NCBI GenBank assembly: GCA_963666985.2
Contig: CAXXIA010000002.1
Location: 2,592,001 to 2,656,000, forward strand
Reading direction: 5' to 3'
DNA length: 64,000 nucleotides
Source: Spirochaetia bacterium
GTDB taxonomy: Bacteria > Spirochaetota > Spirochaetia > DSM-2461
The notes under the pieces are model-generated. The model made no database searches and was not told where the DNA came from. It saw nothing but the letters and a program-made list of their open reading frames with translations. Numbering within the stretch: the first letter of the stretch is position 1; the number at the start of each line of letters is the position of its first letter. Below are positions 19,755 to 30,762 of the stretch, in pieces. The position numbers were made by a program, and so were the translations under genes.

Positions 19755-22238
19755 CTACGAATCGGCCTTGGTTTTTCCGGCGGTTCGCCTGCGGGAAAAG
19801 GTTCCCTTGGGAAAGAGATCGGTCAGCGCGCCGCCGAGGCTTTCATGAAAGAGAAAGGTCATTTCGTCTTTGACTTCCGGCGGAAGTTCATCGGCGTCGC
19901 GTTTATTGTCTTTCGGCATAACGACGATACCGAAGCCCCGGCGTCTGGCGGCGAGTGATTTCTCCTTAACGCCTCCAATGGGCAGAACCCTGTCGGTGAG
20001 GGTGATTTCTCCGGTCATGGCGATTCCGGTTTTTAAGGGGATTTCCAATGCGGCCGAGAGAAGGGCCGCGGTAAGGGCGATGCCCGCGGAGGGACCGTCT
20101 ACGGGAATCGCTCCCTGGGGAACATGGATGTGGATGTCTTTCTTTTTATCGAAGTCGGCTTTCAGGCCGAATCGGTCTTTGTTGGCTTTCAGGTAGGAGA
20201 GGGCGATCTGGGCGCTTTCCTTCATAACTTCGCCGAGCTGCCCCGTTAGGAGAAGCTTGCCGGTTCCGTCGAAAATACGAGCTTCGATGGGAAGAACGCC
20301 TCCTCCGCCTCCGTCATAATAGAGGCCGGGCGCGAGTCCCGGCCGTCCCGCGGTTCCCAAATCGTCTTCAAGGCGTTCTTTTCCCAAGAAATCGCGGATC
20401 ATATCCGGTTTGATGTCCAGTTTATAGCCTTTCAGATCGGGCAGATCGTTTGACGGTTTTTCACAAATCGCGGCCAATCCCTGATTTTTATGCAGCGCGG
20501 CGCTGTTGATTAACCAGCGGCCGGGCCGGGTTTGTTCATCATGCAGGAGTTTTCGGGTGACTTTCCTCATGACTTGGCTGATGGACCGTTCCATATTTCG
20601 AACGCCCGCTTCGAGGGTGTAGCCGCGAATAAGTAAGTCCAGGGAATCATCTCCAATTCGGATTCCTGCGTCTTCCAAGCCGTTTTCCATTTTTTGCTTG
20701 GGAATGATGAACTGACGGGCGATGTTCTTTTTTTCAACCATGGTGTATCCGGGAATGCGGATGACTTCCATTCGGTCCAGCAGAGGGTGGGGAATATTTT
20801 CCAGACTGTTGGCGGTTGTGATGAACATCACTTCCGAAAGGTCGAAGGGGACTTCGAGGTAATGATCGGTAAAGGTATCGTTCTGTTCCGGATCGAGCAC
20901 TTCCAGGAGCGCCGAAGAAGGATCGCCCCGATAATCGTTGGCCATTTTATCGATTTCATCCAGCAGAAAGACCGGATTCATGGAACCGGCCCGTTTGAGG
21001 GCTTGGATAATTTTTCCGGGCAGGGCGCCGACATAGGTTTTTCGATGGCCACGTATTTCCGCCTCATCCCGGACGCCTCCGAGGGAAATTCGGACGAACT
21101 TACGGTCAAGAGAACGGGCGACCGAACGTCCCAGGGATGTTTTTCCGGTTCCGGGGGGGCCGACGAAGCAGAGAATAGGGCTTTTAACTTTCGATTTGAG
21201 CTGGCGGACGGCAATGAAATCCAGAATACGTTCTTTCGGTTTGTCGAGTCCGAAATGGTCCGCGTTCAGGATTCGGGCCGCTTCGGCGATGTCGTGTCTG
21301 TCGGTGGTCCGAACGTTCCAGGGAAGGTCGATGATCCATTCAAGATAGGTGCGGAGCACTCCGGATTCGGGGCTCATGGGCTGGAGTCTTGCCAGGCGTT
21401 TGACTTCCACCAAAGCCTTTTCCTTTGTTTCTTCCGGAAGATCCATTTCAAACAGCTTCCGTTCGAGTTCCTGAGCGCCCGTGGGATCGGCTTCTTCGCC
21501 GCCCAGCTCCTTGTGGATTTCTTTGAGCTGTTCGTTAAGAAAGAATTCCCTTTGCGAACGTTCCATTCGCTTCTTCACGCGTCCGCTGATGTCGTTCCTG
21601 AGTCCCTGGAATTCGTTCTCCATCCGCAGCATCATGGAGAGTTCTTCCAGCCTCTTGCGGGAATCAATTTCCAGCAGGAAGGGAATTTTCTTCTCCGGCG
21701 GAACTTCCAAGACCGAGCAGATATGTCCAACCAGCTTTTCGGGTGTATCGGCTTTGGCGATGTTTGTCAGGGTTTCTCTGGGAAGTTTCTTTTTGCGAAT
21801 TTTGGCGTAAGCGTCGAAATCGTCTTTGACGGCTTTCATCAGAACGTCCAGACCGTCCGCAGAAGAATCCTCAAGGATGCGGTACTGACCCCAAGTAACA
21901 TCTTTCTTTTGCTTGACGCGCTTCAAAGCTGCCCGGCTTCGGCCTTCAACGAGAATTCTCATATTCCCGTCGGGAAGCTTGAGCACTTGTATAATCCGGG
22001 CGATTGTGCCGATGGGATGAATATCGTCGACCGTGGGATCTTCGGATGATGATTTCTGAAAGGTCAGGAAAATTTCCCTGCCCATGGAGGTTGCCGTATT
22101 CAGTGCTTTAAGCGATGCCGCGCGTCCGACGAAAAAAGGAACGACGTTAAAGGGAAAAACAACCAGTTCCCTTAACGGGATGAGGGGAAGTTCTCCCCTT
22201 TCGCTAAGCACCGATTCGTTTGACTTCATCCGGTTCAT
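19755..22238 (-). CDS. lon: ATP-dependent Lon protease (LonA)
   Basis: LON N-domain, Walker [19 protein letters not shown], catalytic DGPSAG and GGVKEK; start may be 22229. Confidence 0.97.
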   Translation of the reverse strand: MNRMKSNESVLSERGELPLIPLRELVVFPFNVVPFFVGRAASLKALNTATSMGREIFLTFQKSSSEDPTVDDIHPIGTIARIIQVLKLPDGNMRILVEGRSRAALKRVKQKKDVTWGQYRILEDSSADGLDVLMKAVKDDFDAYAKIRKKKLPRETLTNIAKADTPEKLVGHICSVLEVPPEKKIPFLLEIDSRKRLEELSMMLRMENEFQGLRNDISGRVKKRMERSQREFFLNEQLKEIHKELGGEEADPTGAQELERKLFEMDLPEETKEKALVEVKRLARLQPMSPESGVLRTYLEWIIDLPWNVRTTDRHDIAEAARILNADHFGLDKPKERILDFIAVRQLKSKVKSPILCFVGPPGTGKTSLGRSVARSLDRKFVRISLGGVRDEAEIRGHRKTYVGALPGKIIQALKRAGSMNPVFLLDEIDKMANDYRGDPSSALLEVLDPEQNDTFTDHYLEVPFDLSEVMFITTANSLENIPHPLLDRMEVIRIPGYTMVEKKNIARQFIIPKQKMENGLEDAGIRIGDDSLDLLIRGYTLEAGVRNMERSISQVMRKVTRKLLHDEQTRPGRWLINSAALHKNQGLAAICEKPSNDLPDLKGYKLDIKPDMIRDFLGKERLEDDLGTAGRPGLAPGLYYDGGGGGVLPIEARIFDGTGKLLLTGQLGEVMKESAQIALSYLKANKDRFGLKADFDKKKDIHIHVPQGAIPVDGPSAGIALTAALLSAALEIPLKTGIAMTGEITLTDRVLPIGGVKEKSLAARRRGFGIVVMPKDNKRDADELPPEVKDEMTFLFHESLGGALTDLFPKGTFSRRRTAGKTKADS

Positions 22239-23493
22239 CGCCGCTTTCTTCCGGCAATTCCCCGAGATCGATTATCTCGGGTTGAACCCCATCTTCGATA
22301 ACATCCTTGTTCACGATGACTTTTTTCCGGCCCTTCATGGACGGAAGTTCGTACATAATGTCGATCATCGCCGATTCGACGATGGAACGGATTCCGCGCG
22401 CTCCCGTTTTCTGCTTCAGAGCTTTCGCGGCTACGGCGCCGATGGCTTCTTTCTTGAATTCAAGTTCCACTCCGTCCATTTCCATGGAGACCGTATACTG
22501 CTTCACCACCGAGTTTTTCGGTTCGGTAACGATGCGGACGAGTTCGTCTTCGGATAGATCGTCCAGAGCCACCTGTATGGGAAGACGGCCGATAAACTCC
22601 GGAATCAGACCGAATTTAATCAGATCGTCGGGGTGCAGCTTGCTGAAGAGTTCCGAAAGGCTGCGGTCTCCGCTTTTGCGAATGTCGGCGCCGAATCCAA
22701 GCGGATGCTCGGCAACCCTGGATTCGATAATCTTGTCCAATCCGACGAACGCGCCGCCGCAGATAACCAGAATGTTTGAGGTGTCGATTTTAAGCATTTC
22801 CTGATTCGGATGCTTTCTGCCTCCCTGAGGCGGAACGGAGGCCGTTGTTCCTTCAATGATTTTGAGCAGAGCCTGCTGTACGCCTTCGCCTGAAACGTCC
22901 CGGGTAATGGAGACGTTCTCACCTTTTCGGGCGATTTTATCAATTTCATCGATATAGATGATGCCCCGTTCGGCCGCGGCGATGTTGTTGCCGGCCGCCT
23001 GGATGAGTTTGAGCAGAATGTTTTCAACGTCTTCACCCACATAACCGGCTTCGGTAAGGGTGGTGGCGTCGGCAATGGCGAAGGGAACTTTCAGTTTCTG
23101 CGCCAAGGTTTTCGCCAGCAGGGTTTTCCCCGAACCGGTCGGACCGATTAAGAGAACATTGGACTTTTCAAGTTCAACCTCTCCGTTGGAGATTTGACCT
23201 TTATGCTTAATTCGCTTGTAGTGGTTGTATACCGCTACCGAGAGAACCCTTTTGGCCAGTTCCTGTCCGATGACATACTGATCCAGGTATCCTTTGATTT
23301 CCTTGGGAACGGGGAGATCTTCGGTGAATTCGGCGGTGATGTTTTCACTTTCTTCGGCAAGAATACGGTTGCAGACCGCGACGCATTCGTCACAGATATA
23401 AACGCCCGGTCCGGCAATGAGTTTTTTGGCCATTTCCGAGGTTTTGCCGCAGAACGAGCAAACCTTGACTTCCTTGCCTTTAACCCTTGCCAT
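22204..23493 (-). CDS. clpX: Clp protease ATP-binding subunit ClpX
   Basis: CSFCGK zinc finger, [24 protein letters not shown] loop. Confidence 0.98.
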   Translation of the reverse strand: MARVKGKEVKVCSFCGKTSEMAKKLIAGPGVYICDECVAVCNRILAEESENITAEFTEDLPVPKEIKGYLDQYVIGQELAKRVLSVAVYNHYKRIKHKGQISNGEVELEKSNVLLIGPTGSGKTLLAKTLAQKLKVPFAIADATTLTEAGYVGEDVENILLKLIQAAGNNIAAAERGIIYIDEIDKIARKGENVSITRDVSGEGVQQALLKIIEGTTASVPPQGGRKHPNQEMLKIDTSNILVICGGAFVGLDKIIESRVAEHPLGFGADIRKSGDRSLSELFSKLHPDDLIKFGLIPEFIGRLPIQVALDDLSEDELVRIVTEPKNSVVKQYTVSMEMDGVELEFKKEAIGAVAAKALKQKTGARGIRSIVESAMIDIMYELPSMKGRKKVIVNKDVIEDGVQPEIIDLGELPEESGDEPDEVKRIGA

Positions 23494-24088
23494 TTTCTTC
23501 CCTCAACAAGATACGGTCGACGATGCCGTATTCCATCGCTTCCGAGGCCGACATGAAGAAATCGCGTTCCAGATCGATCGCGATGGTCTTCTCATCCTTG
23601 CCGGAATTCTGGGCGAGGTAATTGATCAGCATGCGCTTGAGTCTTACGATTTCCCTGGCCTGGATGCCGATATCGACGGCTTGTCCCTGGACGCCTCCCC
23701 AGGGCTGATGAATAAGGATTCGCGAGGAAGGCAGCGCCATCCTCTTTCCCTTGGTTCCGCCGGCGAGCAGGATGGCCCCCATCGAGGCCGCCTGTCCCAT
23801 GCAGATGGTCTGTACGTCGGCATTGATATAGCGCATCGTATCGTAGATGGCCAAACCGGCCGTAACCGATCCGCCCGGGCTGTTGATGTAAAAGCTGATG
23901 TCTTTTTCGGGATCCTGAGAATCAAGATACAGCATCTGGGCGACGATATGATCGGCGTCGATATCCCGAATCTCTCCGCCGAGGAAAATAATTCTCTCTT
24001 GGAGGAGTTTCGACCAGATGTCGTATCGCGTTTCTCCGATACCGGTCTTTTCGACGACGAAAGGATTATATGCGGCTCTGGTTTCCAT
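23480..24088 (-). CDS. clpP: Clp protease proteolytic subunit
   Basis: [20 protein letters not shown] and ERD motifs. Confidence 0.98.
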   Translation of the reverse strand: METRAAYNPFVVEKTGIGETRYDIWSKLLQERIIFLGGEIRDIDADHIVAQMLYLDSQDPEKDISFYINSPGGSVTAGLAIYDTMRYINADVQTICMGQAASMGAILLAGGTKGKRMALPSSRILIHQPWGGVQGQAVDIGIQAREIVRLKRMLINYLAQNSGKDEKTIAIDLERDFFMSASEAMEYGIVDRILLREENGKG

Positions 24089-24113
24089 ATATTAACTCCG
24101 GGGCGAAGGCCTC

Positions 24114-25451
24114 CTAGGCGTTCATCAAGTCAGTATAGTCTATCTTCTCGCCTTTTTTGACGGAAGCGGCATCAATGAGGAAGTCAAAGAGCTTCTTCTG
24201 CACCAACTCATTCCTAAGATACTCTCGGAATTGGGCTCCGCCAAACATTTTTTCCAGTTCTTCGGCGGGCATGTTGAACTCTTCGGCCCTCTTCGCAAGT
24301 TCGGCCGTTATATCGTCATCGCCGGCTTCAATTTTTTCATTTTCGACGATTTTGCCGTAAATAAGGCGTGTTTTAATGGATTTGGTTGCATCGTCGCGCC
24401 ACTGCTCCAGAATCTCGGCCTTGCTTTTGTCTCCCTCTTCGAGAGCTTTCATCAGCACGTCCTCGGAAACACCGGACTGGCGGACGTAATCCTGCCATGT
24501 GTGTTCCAAATCCGATGCGACCATGGACTGCGGAACGGCAATCTCGGAGACATCCACGATTTTATCGGTCAGGTCGTTGATGAGCGAGGAGCGAACCTTT
24601 GAATCGGCCTGGAGCTTCAGGTCGTCTTTGATTTTCTTCTTTAAATCGTCGAGGGTTTTCAAGTCTTCCGAGACATCCTGGGCCAGTTCGTCGTCCAAGT
24701 CCGGAAGCTGACGTTCTTTTACGGCGACGATGGTTACGCCGAGCTTGACCGTCCGTCCGGCAACGACGGGATTCGCGTCCTCGCCGTATGTTTTTTCAAC
24801 GGTCTTCGAGTCGCCGGCTTTCATGCCGTCTATTTCGGATTCGATACCGTATGGATGGGAATCTTTACCGACGGTGAAAACGAATCCCTTGCGGCGGGTT
24901 CCTTCAAGAGGAGCCTCATCCTCACCGAGTTCCACATAGTCCATGGTAACCACCGCGGAATCGGCTACAAGGCCGTCCTTCTTGTCCACCACCACGGAAT
25001 TTCGTTCGCGGATGGCTTCAAGAGCCTCGGCTTCATGTTTCTTAAGGATCTGGACCTGCTGTTCTTTTACTTCAATGCCTTTGTATTCGCCGAGTTTAAT
25101 CTCGGGAAAGATATCGTAGGTAACCGTGAATTCGTACGGTTTCCCCAGCTCAATGGAAGGGAGATCTTCCAGAACGGGCTGCGAGATGGGATTCTCTTCG
25201 ATATCTTCGAAGGCCGCTTTCAGGGCCTCGTCCACCAAATCGGCGGCGGCTTCTTGCTTAATTCCTTCGCCGAATTTGCGAACCAAAACTTCCTTCGGAA
25301 CCTTGCCTTTGCGAAATCCGGGAATCTGAACCTGTTTGCCGTATTTGGCAAGCAAATCATTATAAGACTTTTCAGCGCCGTCGGCGGACACTTTCACGGT
25401 CAGCTTCACGGCGGAGTTCTCGAGTTTTTCGAACGTTTTATCGTCGATCAT
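24114..25451 (-). CDS. tig: Trigger factor
   Basis: Ribosome-binding IPGFRKGKVP signature; position upstream of clpP-clpX-lon. Confidence 0.97.
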   Translation of the reverse strand: MIDDKTFEKLENSAVKLTVKVSADGAEKSYNDLLAKYGKQVQIPGFRKGKVPKEVLVRKFGEGIKQEAAADLVDEALKAAFEDIEENPISQPVLEDLPSIELGKPYEFTVTYDIFPEIKLGEYKGIEVKEQQVQILKKHEAEALEAIRERNSVVVDKKDGLVADSAVVTMDYVELGEDEAPLEGTRRKGFVFTVGKDSHPYGIESEIDGMKAGDSKTVEKTYGEDANPVVAGRTVKLGVTIVAVKERQLPDLDDELAQDVSEDLKTLDDLKKKIKDDLKLQADSKVRSSLINDLTDKIVDVSEIAVPQSMVASDLEHTWQDYVRQSGVSEDVLMKALEEGDKSKAEILEQWRDDATKSIKTRLIYGKIVENEKIEAGDDDITAELAKRAEEFNMPAEELEKMFGGAQFREYLRNELVQKKLFDFLIDAASVKKGEKIDYTDLMNA

Positions 25452-25558
25452 ATTCCTACCTCAATCGGGCAATAATAAAAAAAAGATCCGGCGGTCCGGA
25501 TCGCTGCGTTTCTTCCGGTCGCAATAAAGCGTCGGTCATCCTCGCGGCCTAAAAGAAA

Positions 25559-25638
25559 TGCGAGAGAAGGGACTTGAACCCTTACGCCGAAGCACTAGAT
25601 CCTAAATCTAGCGTGTCTACCAATTCCACCACTCTCGC
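25559..25638 (-). tRNA. tRNA-Leu(TAG)
   Basis: GCGAGAG acceptor stem, anticodon arm CTAGA-TT-TAG-GA-TCTAG, variable arm, GGTTCAAGTCC; CCA not encoded. Confidence 0.96.
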
Positions 25639-25733
25639 CTGGTTCGCCAAGTTCCTTATTTCCGTACCTGCGGACGGAAGGAAAGCCGGGGCCGTCCCTG
25701 AAAACTTTCCGGCGCCGTCCGGGAGTGTATAAA

Positions 25734-25762
25734 GAAAACGGGCGGCCTAGCCACCCGTTTTC
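25734..25762. terminator. Hairpin downstream of tRNA-Lys
   Basis: GAAAACGGG...CCCGTTTTC inverted repeat. Confidence 0.55.
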
Positions 25763-25765
25763 GCA

Positions 25766-25838
25766 TGAGCCGTCAAGGGATCGAACCTTGGACCCGCAGA
25801 TTAAGAGTCTGCTGCTCTGCCAGCTGAGCTAACGGCCC
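25766..25838 (-). tRNA. tRNA-Lys(CTT)
   Basis: GGGCCGT acceptor, GCAGA-CT-CTT-AA-TCTGC anticodon arm, GGTTCGATCC. Confidence 0.96.
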
Positions 25839-25857
25839 TCGTTTTTCGTGCCAGAGC

Positions 25858-25886
25858 AATTTACTGATTTTTCACTTTCCTGTCTA
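25858..25886 (-). promoter_or_regulatory. Sigma70 promoter of tRNA-Lys (TAGACA-N17-TAAATT)
   Basis: 17-bp spacing; the -35 box begins with the GH51 stop codon. Confidence 0.55.
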
Positions 25887-27407
25887 GTGCGTTTCGGTTG
25901 CGATTGAGCCGGATAGAGGGATGCTTATCATGTTCCAAGACGCCGGTTCCAAGGTGAATGCGACGCTTTCGCTTCCCGCTGTTATCTCTTCGGCGGCGCA
26001 CGGCCGAACCGGTGCGTGCTTCGCCGTGTTTGTCGCATTCGGGGAAGATGTCAGTTTTATATGCTCTCCTTTGCCCTTCGCCCGAAGACCCGCGAGAACG
26101 GCGGTGCAGTTCGCCGTCTTTTTAAGGTCTTTGTTGATAAGGAAGAGGTTCAGTTCGTTTCTTTCTTCGTTCAGGACTGCTGCACAGTCGATGCTCGGAA
26201 TATGCGGGCCGATTTTACAGCCGTAAGTCGGGCATTCAAGACCGACGCGCAAAGCTTTTCCTCGTCCGCGCAGAGATGTATATAAAAAAGGGTAATAGAT
26301 GGTTTGGAGCCAGCTTGTGCCGCCGGGTTCCGTCATGATCGGAGCGATAACGTTCACCAACTGTGCCAGGCAGGCGATTTTTACCGTATCGGCGTTATTG
26401 ATAAGCGTCGTCAGCATGCCTCCTACCAGCAGCGCGTCCGTGAAGTCGTATGCTTCTTCTTCGATCGGCCTGGGGCAAATCCATTTTTCCGGGTATATTC
26501 CGGCTTCCTGAAAGTGGTACCACACATTCCATTCATCGAAGGAAAGCTTAACGTCGTGATCGGACTTTCTGCGTGATTTTTCTTCCGCGCATATCGAGGC
26601 CACCTCTTTGATGAAGGAATCCATTTCGGTGCTTCGGGCCAGAAACGCGGGGATATCGCCGTCGCTATTCCTGTAGTACTGATGCAGAGACAGGTAATCC
26701 ACATGTTCCCAGCAATGGGAAAGAACCGTGCGTTCCCAAGAACCGAAGGTCGGCATATCGCGGAAGGAACTGCCGCAGGCCACCAGCTCTATGGAAGGAT
26801 CCGTCCATTTCATCATTTTGGCGGTTTCGCGGGCAATGCGTCCGTATTCTTCCGCGGTTTTTGCGCAGATTTGCCAGGGGCCGTCCATTTCGTTTCCCAG
26901 GCACCACAGTTTGATGCCGTGGGGTTCTTCATAGCCGTGTGATCGGCGCAGATCGCTGTAGTACGATCCTTTTTCTATATTGCAGTATTCCAGCAGATTG
27001 GCCGCATCCTGCGGTCCCCGTGTGCCGAGGTTGACTCCGATCATGGGTTCGATTCCGTTTCTTCGGCAGTACGAGACAAACTCGTTTATGCCGATCAGGT
27101 TCGGTTCGAGGGCGAACCAGGCAAGTTCTCTTCGAACCGGCCGGGATGAGCGGTCGCCCACACCGTCTTCCCATCGGTAGCCGGAGAGAAAATTCCCTCC
27201 CGGATAGCGAATGTGGGATATGCGCAGCGCCCGGATGTGTTCTTCCACGTCTCGGCGAAAACCTTCCGAATCCGCTTCGGGATGATCGGGTTCGAAAATC
27301 CCCGTATAAACGGCGCGCCCCATATGTTCGATAAAGGAGCTGTAGAGACGTTCATCGACGGTGGAAATAATTTCTTGTCCGTTCAGACGGATAACGGCGT
27401 TCATCAT
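25884..27407 (-). CDS. abfA: Alpha-L-arabinofuranosidase (GH51)
   Basis: FIEHMGRAVY, RYPGGNF, WCLGNEMDGPWQ and FDEWNVW motifs; no signal peptide. Confidence 0.95.
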   Translation of the reverse strand: MMNAVIRLNGQEIISTVDERLYSSFIEHMGRAVYTGIFEPDHPEADSEGFRRDVEEHIRALRISHIRYPGGNFLSGYRWEDGVGDRSSRPVRRELAWFALEPNLIGINEFVSYCRRNGIEPMIGVNLGTRGPQDAANLLEYCNIEKGSYYSDLRRSHGYEEPHGIKLWCLGNEMDGPWQICAKTAEEYGRIARETAKMMKWTDPSIELVACGSSFRDMPTFGSWERTVLSHCWEHVDYLSLHQYYRNSDGDIPAFLARSTEMDSFIKEVASICAEEKSRRKSDHDVKLSFDEWNVWYHFQEAGIYPEKWICPRPIEEEAYDFTDALLVGGMLTTLINNADTVKIACLAQLVNVIAPIMTEPGGTSWLQTIYYPFLYTSLRGRGKALRVGLECPTYGCKIGPHIPSIDCAAVLNEERNELNLFLINKDLKKTANCTAVLAGLRAKGKGEHIKLTSSPNATNTAKHAPVRPCAAEEITAGSESVAFTLEPASWNMISIPLSGSIATETH

Positions 27408-28447
27408 TTTCCTTCTATCCCTCCGGCGGTTGATTCGCGTTCCACGATGCTGCAGCCGAGTAAAAACTCATGTTTTTCCGGCTTTTGATTGTCTTTAATA
27501 ATGTCCATCATGACTGTTGCCGCGGTATGACCGATATCGAACAGCGGCAGCGCGACCGTAGAAAGAGTCGGACGGCAAACGGAAGAGATTTCCCGATCGT
27601 CGAAGCCGATTAACGCCAAGTCCTTTCCGATTTCGATTCCTTTTTGATTGCAGTAATCGATGACTCCGATCGCCATAAGGTCGTTATGCGCGAAGATGGC
27701 CGTAACGCCGGCTGCGATCAGATCCGATGCGTATTCGTATCCTTGATCGCGTTCCCATGCGCCGTAACAGGTTAAGCGCGGGTTGTAGGGAATGTTGTGA
27801 TCGAAAAGGGCCTCTTGGAATCCGAGAAGACGGTTGTTTGTATGATAAGAGTCTTTGGCTCCGGCGATAATCCCGATTTCCCGGTGTCCTTTGGAAATCA
27901 GCAGTTCGGCAACTTTGCGGGCGGCTTCACGGTCATCGTAAATAACATCGGGAATATCCGGATCTTCGCTGTAGCAGTAAACACAGACGAATCGAGTTTC
28001 TTTTTGCTTTTGGAGAGGAGCGACGATATGGCTGTGACAGCCGATGTAGATAATGCCGTCCACCTGCTTGGAGAGCATTTCGTCCAGCATATCCGTCAGC
28101 ATGTCGGATTTTCGCCGGCCGTAATTCGGATCGTGGCCGAAAAGTTTGTTGAAACGAAGATTTCCCAGGATGTAATGATAGTTTCGCTGTTCGCAGCAAA
28201 CTCCGATTCCGTCGACAATGCCGGGTGTGTTGAAGACCGTTAAGTCTTCGGCGATGATGCCGAGAGTCCGGCTCATACCCGTTTTCAGATGACGGGCGTT
28301 GAGGTTCGGGCGATAGTTCAGTTTTTTCGCGGCGGCCAGAACGGATTTCTGAGTTTCGCTGCTTACGCCCGGCTGGTCGTTCAGAACCTTTGAAACGGTT
28401 GCAATGGAAACCCCCGTGCATTCGGAGATTTCTTTAATCGTCGCCAC
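27404..28447 (-). CDS. LacI-family regulator
   Basis: TIKEISECTGVSIATVSKVLN HTH, YRPN hinge, IGFDD. Confidence 0.95.
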   Translation of the reverse strand: MATIKEISECTGVSIATVSKVLNDQPGVSSETQKSVLAAAKKLNYRPNLNARHLKTGMSRTLGIIAEDLTVFNTPGIVDGIGVCCEQRNYHYILGNLRFNKLFGHDPNYGRRKSDMLTDMLDEMLSKQVDGIIYIGCHSHIVAPLQKQKETRFVCVYCYSEDPDIPDVIYDDREAARKVAELLISKGHREIGIIAGAKDSYHTNNRLLGFQEALFDHNIPYNPRLTCYGAWERDQGYEYASDLIAAGVTAIFAHNDLMAIGVIDYCNQKGIEIGKDLALIGFDDREISSVCRPTLSTVALPLFDIGHTAATVMMDIIKDNQKPEKHEFLLGCSIVERESTAGGIEGK

Positions 28448-28565
28448 GTCTGTAAACTCCGCTTTTTTCGGACCAAGTATGTCCCATACGCACTATAAAC
28501 GAAAGCGGCCCTTGCTTGGGATCGGCTTTGTTCTCCGGTTTTTAACGAACCGATTTAGTTGTTGG

Positions 28566-28772
28566 GAAAACGTTTAACATGGCTATTTTACCGACCATTT
28601 AGCGGGAGATGCAAGTTTTTTCTGCTTTTTTCGATGAATATTGCTTTCTTTTTCCTTTACAGGAGATAAGAACGGGGATAATGTGTAAAAACATAGTAAA
28701 CGTTTAACTTAATATTATTAAGAACGCTTTGGAAATATTTATATTTCGAAATATGTTAAACGTTTAATATAT
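28566..28772. promoter_or_regulatory. Three LacI-type operators with core AAACGTTTAA
   Basis: GAAAACGTTTAAC 28566-28578, GTAAACGTTTAAC 28696-28708, ATATGTTAAACGTTTAATATAT 28751-28772, all in the divergent intergenic region. Confidence 0.75.
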
Positions 28773-28774
28773 CT

Positions 28775-30706
28775 ATGAAAGGGTATGATAAGGTGTATCG
28801 CTCGATCAGCAACAGGCATATTCAAATTCACGATTCGTTCTTCGATCATTATGTCGATATGATTGCGGATACGGTTTTGCCGTATCAATGGGATATTCTC
28901 AACGATCGTGTCGCGGGCGCCGAACGATCTCATTGCCTTGAAAATTTTCGCATCGCGGCCGGAGAGAAACAAGGCGAATTCTACGGAGCGGTGTTTCAAG
29001 ATACTGACGTCTATAAATGGCTGGAGGCCGTATCGTACTGCATTGAGAGCGGGAAGGGCGCGAAATTTATTGAACTTGCCGATGAGGTGATCGACTTGAT
29101 TACCCGAGCTCAGCAGCCGGATGGTTACCTGAATACCTATTACACGATAGCGGAACCTGAAGGCCGCTGGACCAATCTGCTGGAAGGACATGAGCTTTAT
29201 AGTGCGGGTTATCTTATTGAAGCGGCCGTGGCCTATTTCAATGCGACCGGGAAAAAAAATCTGCTGATAACAGCCGTTCGATTCGCGGATTTGATTACGA
29301 AAACCTTTGGTCCGGGAGAAAATCAAAAGAAAGGATATCCGGGCCATCAGGAAATCGAACTGGCGCTGGTAAAACTTTTTCGGCTGACAAATGAAAAACG
29401 ATATCTGGAAACCGCCCGCTTTTTTATCGATGAACGCGGCAGGATTCCCAGTTATTTTCTTTCGGAGATTGAAGAGCGCGGTGGCCGGTGTATTTTTCCG
29501 GAATTTCAAAATTACGATTTGAAATATTCCCAGTCCCATATGCCGCCCGCGGAGCAGCGCAGTATTGAAGGACATGCGGTTCGTGCCGTCTATATGTGTG
29601 CCGCCATGGCGGATTTGGCCGGCGAATACGATGATGAGAAGCTGAAAGAGGCCTGCCTGGCCTTATGGCGGAATCTGACGGAACAACGCATGTTTATTAC
29701 CGGCGGAATCGGTTCGTCGGGGCATCTTGAACGTTTTACCACAGATTACGATCTTCCCAACGACAGAACTTACTGTGAAACCTGCGCCTCCGTAGGGCTG
29801 ATGATGTTCGGGCAGAGGATGGCCTCCCTTACCGGAGAGGCCCGTTTTTACGACGCGGTGGAACGGGCTCTTTACAACACGGTTCTCGCGGGAATCAGCG
29901 CGGACGGTTTGCGGTATTTTTACGTTAATCCGCTTGAAGTGTGGCCCGCAGGATGTCTTCCTTCAACTTCTATGGCCCATGTTAAGCCGGTACGGCAGCA
30001 ATGGTTCAGCGTGGCCTGCTGCCCAACTAATGTGGCACGGACACTTGCCTCGCTGGGGCAATACATTTATGCCCAAGATGATCAAGCTCTGTATATCCAT
30101 CAGTTCATTTCTTCTTCCATTGAAACCGAAGTGAACGGTGCGCCTCTTTCATTGTCCATGGAGGCGGATCTTGTTCGGGATTCGGCGGTGAGGATTCACG
30201 CCGAAGGGACTTTCCGGCTGAACCTTCGGATTCCTCATTATGCCGACCGGCCGGATTTTACAGTGAACGGAAAGCCCCATGTACCGAGTGTTGAGAATGG
30301 GTATGCATGTTTCGATGTGGATAGAGAGGCGGAGATTGTCCTGGATCCGCATGCCGCTCCCCGCTGGATCGCGGCGAACGATGAAGTTCCGGCGGATGCG
30401 GGGAAAACGGCTTTGACATTGGGACCTTATGTCTATTGCCTGGAAGAAAGCGACAACGGCGCGAATCTGGCGGGCGTGTCTTTGCCGCCGGGAGCGAATG
30501 CTGAAACGATTGAACTTTTAAAGGATTTGCCGGGAAATCTGCCCGGAATTGAATATCCCGGATATAGGATTTCCAGCGGCGTGAATTCGCTGTATGGAAC
30601 ACCGGATTACGATGTTCGCTCCGTCCGGCTGACCGCCGTTCCTTATTGCTTATGGTGCAACAGACGGCCCGGTGAAATGCTTGTTTGGCAAAAGGTGCGT
30701 TTCTGA
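28775..30706 (+). CDS. Beta-L-arabinofuranosidase (GH127, HypBA1-like)
   Basis: FQDTDVYKWLEA, HELY, GHQEIE, GHAVR, YCETCAS and ACCP motifs. Confidence 0.93.
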   Translation: MKGYDKVYRSISNRHIQIHDSFFDHYVDMIADTVLPYQWDILNDRVAGAERSHCLENFRIAAGEKQGEFYGAVFQDTDVYKWLEAVSYCIESGKGAKFIELADEVIDLITRAQQPDGYLNTYYTIAEPEGRWTNLLEGHELYSAGYLIEAAVAYFNATGKKNLLITAVRFADLITKTFGPGENQKKGYPGHQEIELALVKLFRLTNEKRYLETARFFIDERGRIPSYFLSEIEERGGRCIFPEFQNYDLKYSQSHMPPAEQRSIEGHAVRAVYMCAAMADLAGEYDDEKLKEACLALWRNLTEQRMFITGGIGSSGHLERFTTDYDLPNDRTYCETCASVGLMMFGQRMASLTGEARFYDAVERALYNTVLAGISADGLRYFYVNPLEVWPAGCLPSTSMAHVKPVRQQWFSVACCPTNVARTLASLGQYIYAQDDQALYIHQFISSSIETEVNGAPLSLSMEADLVRDSAVRIHAEGTFRLNLRIPHYADRPDFTVNGKPHVPSVENGYACFDVDREAEIVLDPHAAPRWIAANDEVPADAGKTALTLGPYVYCLEESDNGANLAGVSLPPGANAETIELLKDLPGNLPGIEYPGYRISSGVNSLYGTPDYDVRSVRLTAVPYCLWCNRRPGEMLVWQKVRF

Positions 30707-30762
30707 AGAAATACATACCTCGCAGGGGGTTTTGTATAAAACCGAAAGGGAAGGAGAAAGAG

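Noticed and set aside
20694..22049. 451-aa plus-strand ORF
   Set aside because: Antisense shadow of lon
28739..29575. 278-aa minus-strand ORF
   Set aside because: Antisense shadow of the GH127 gene
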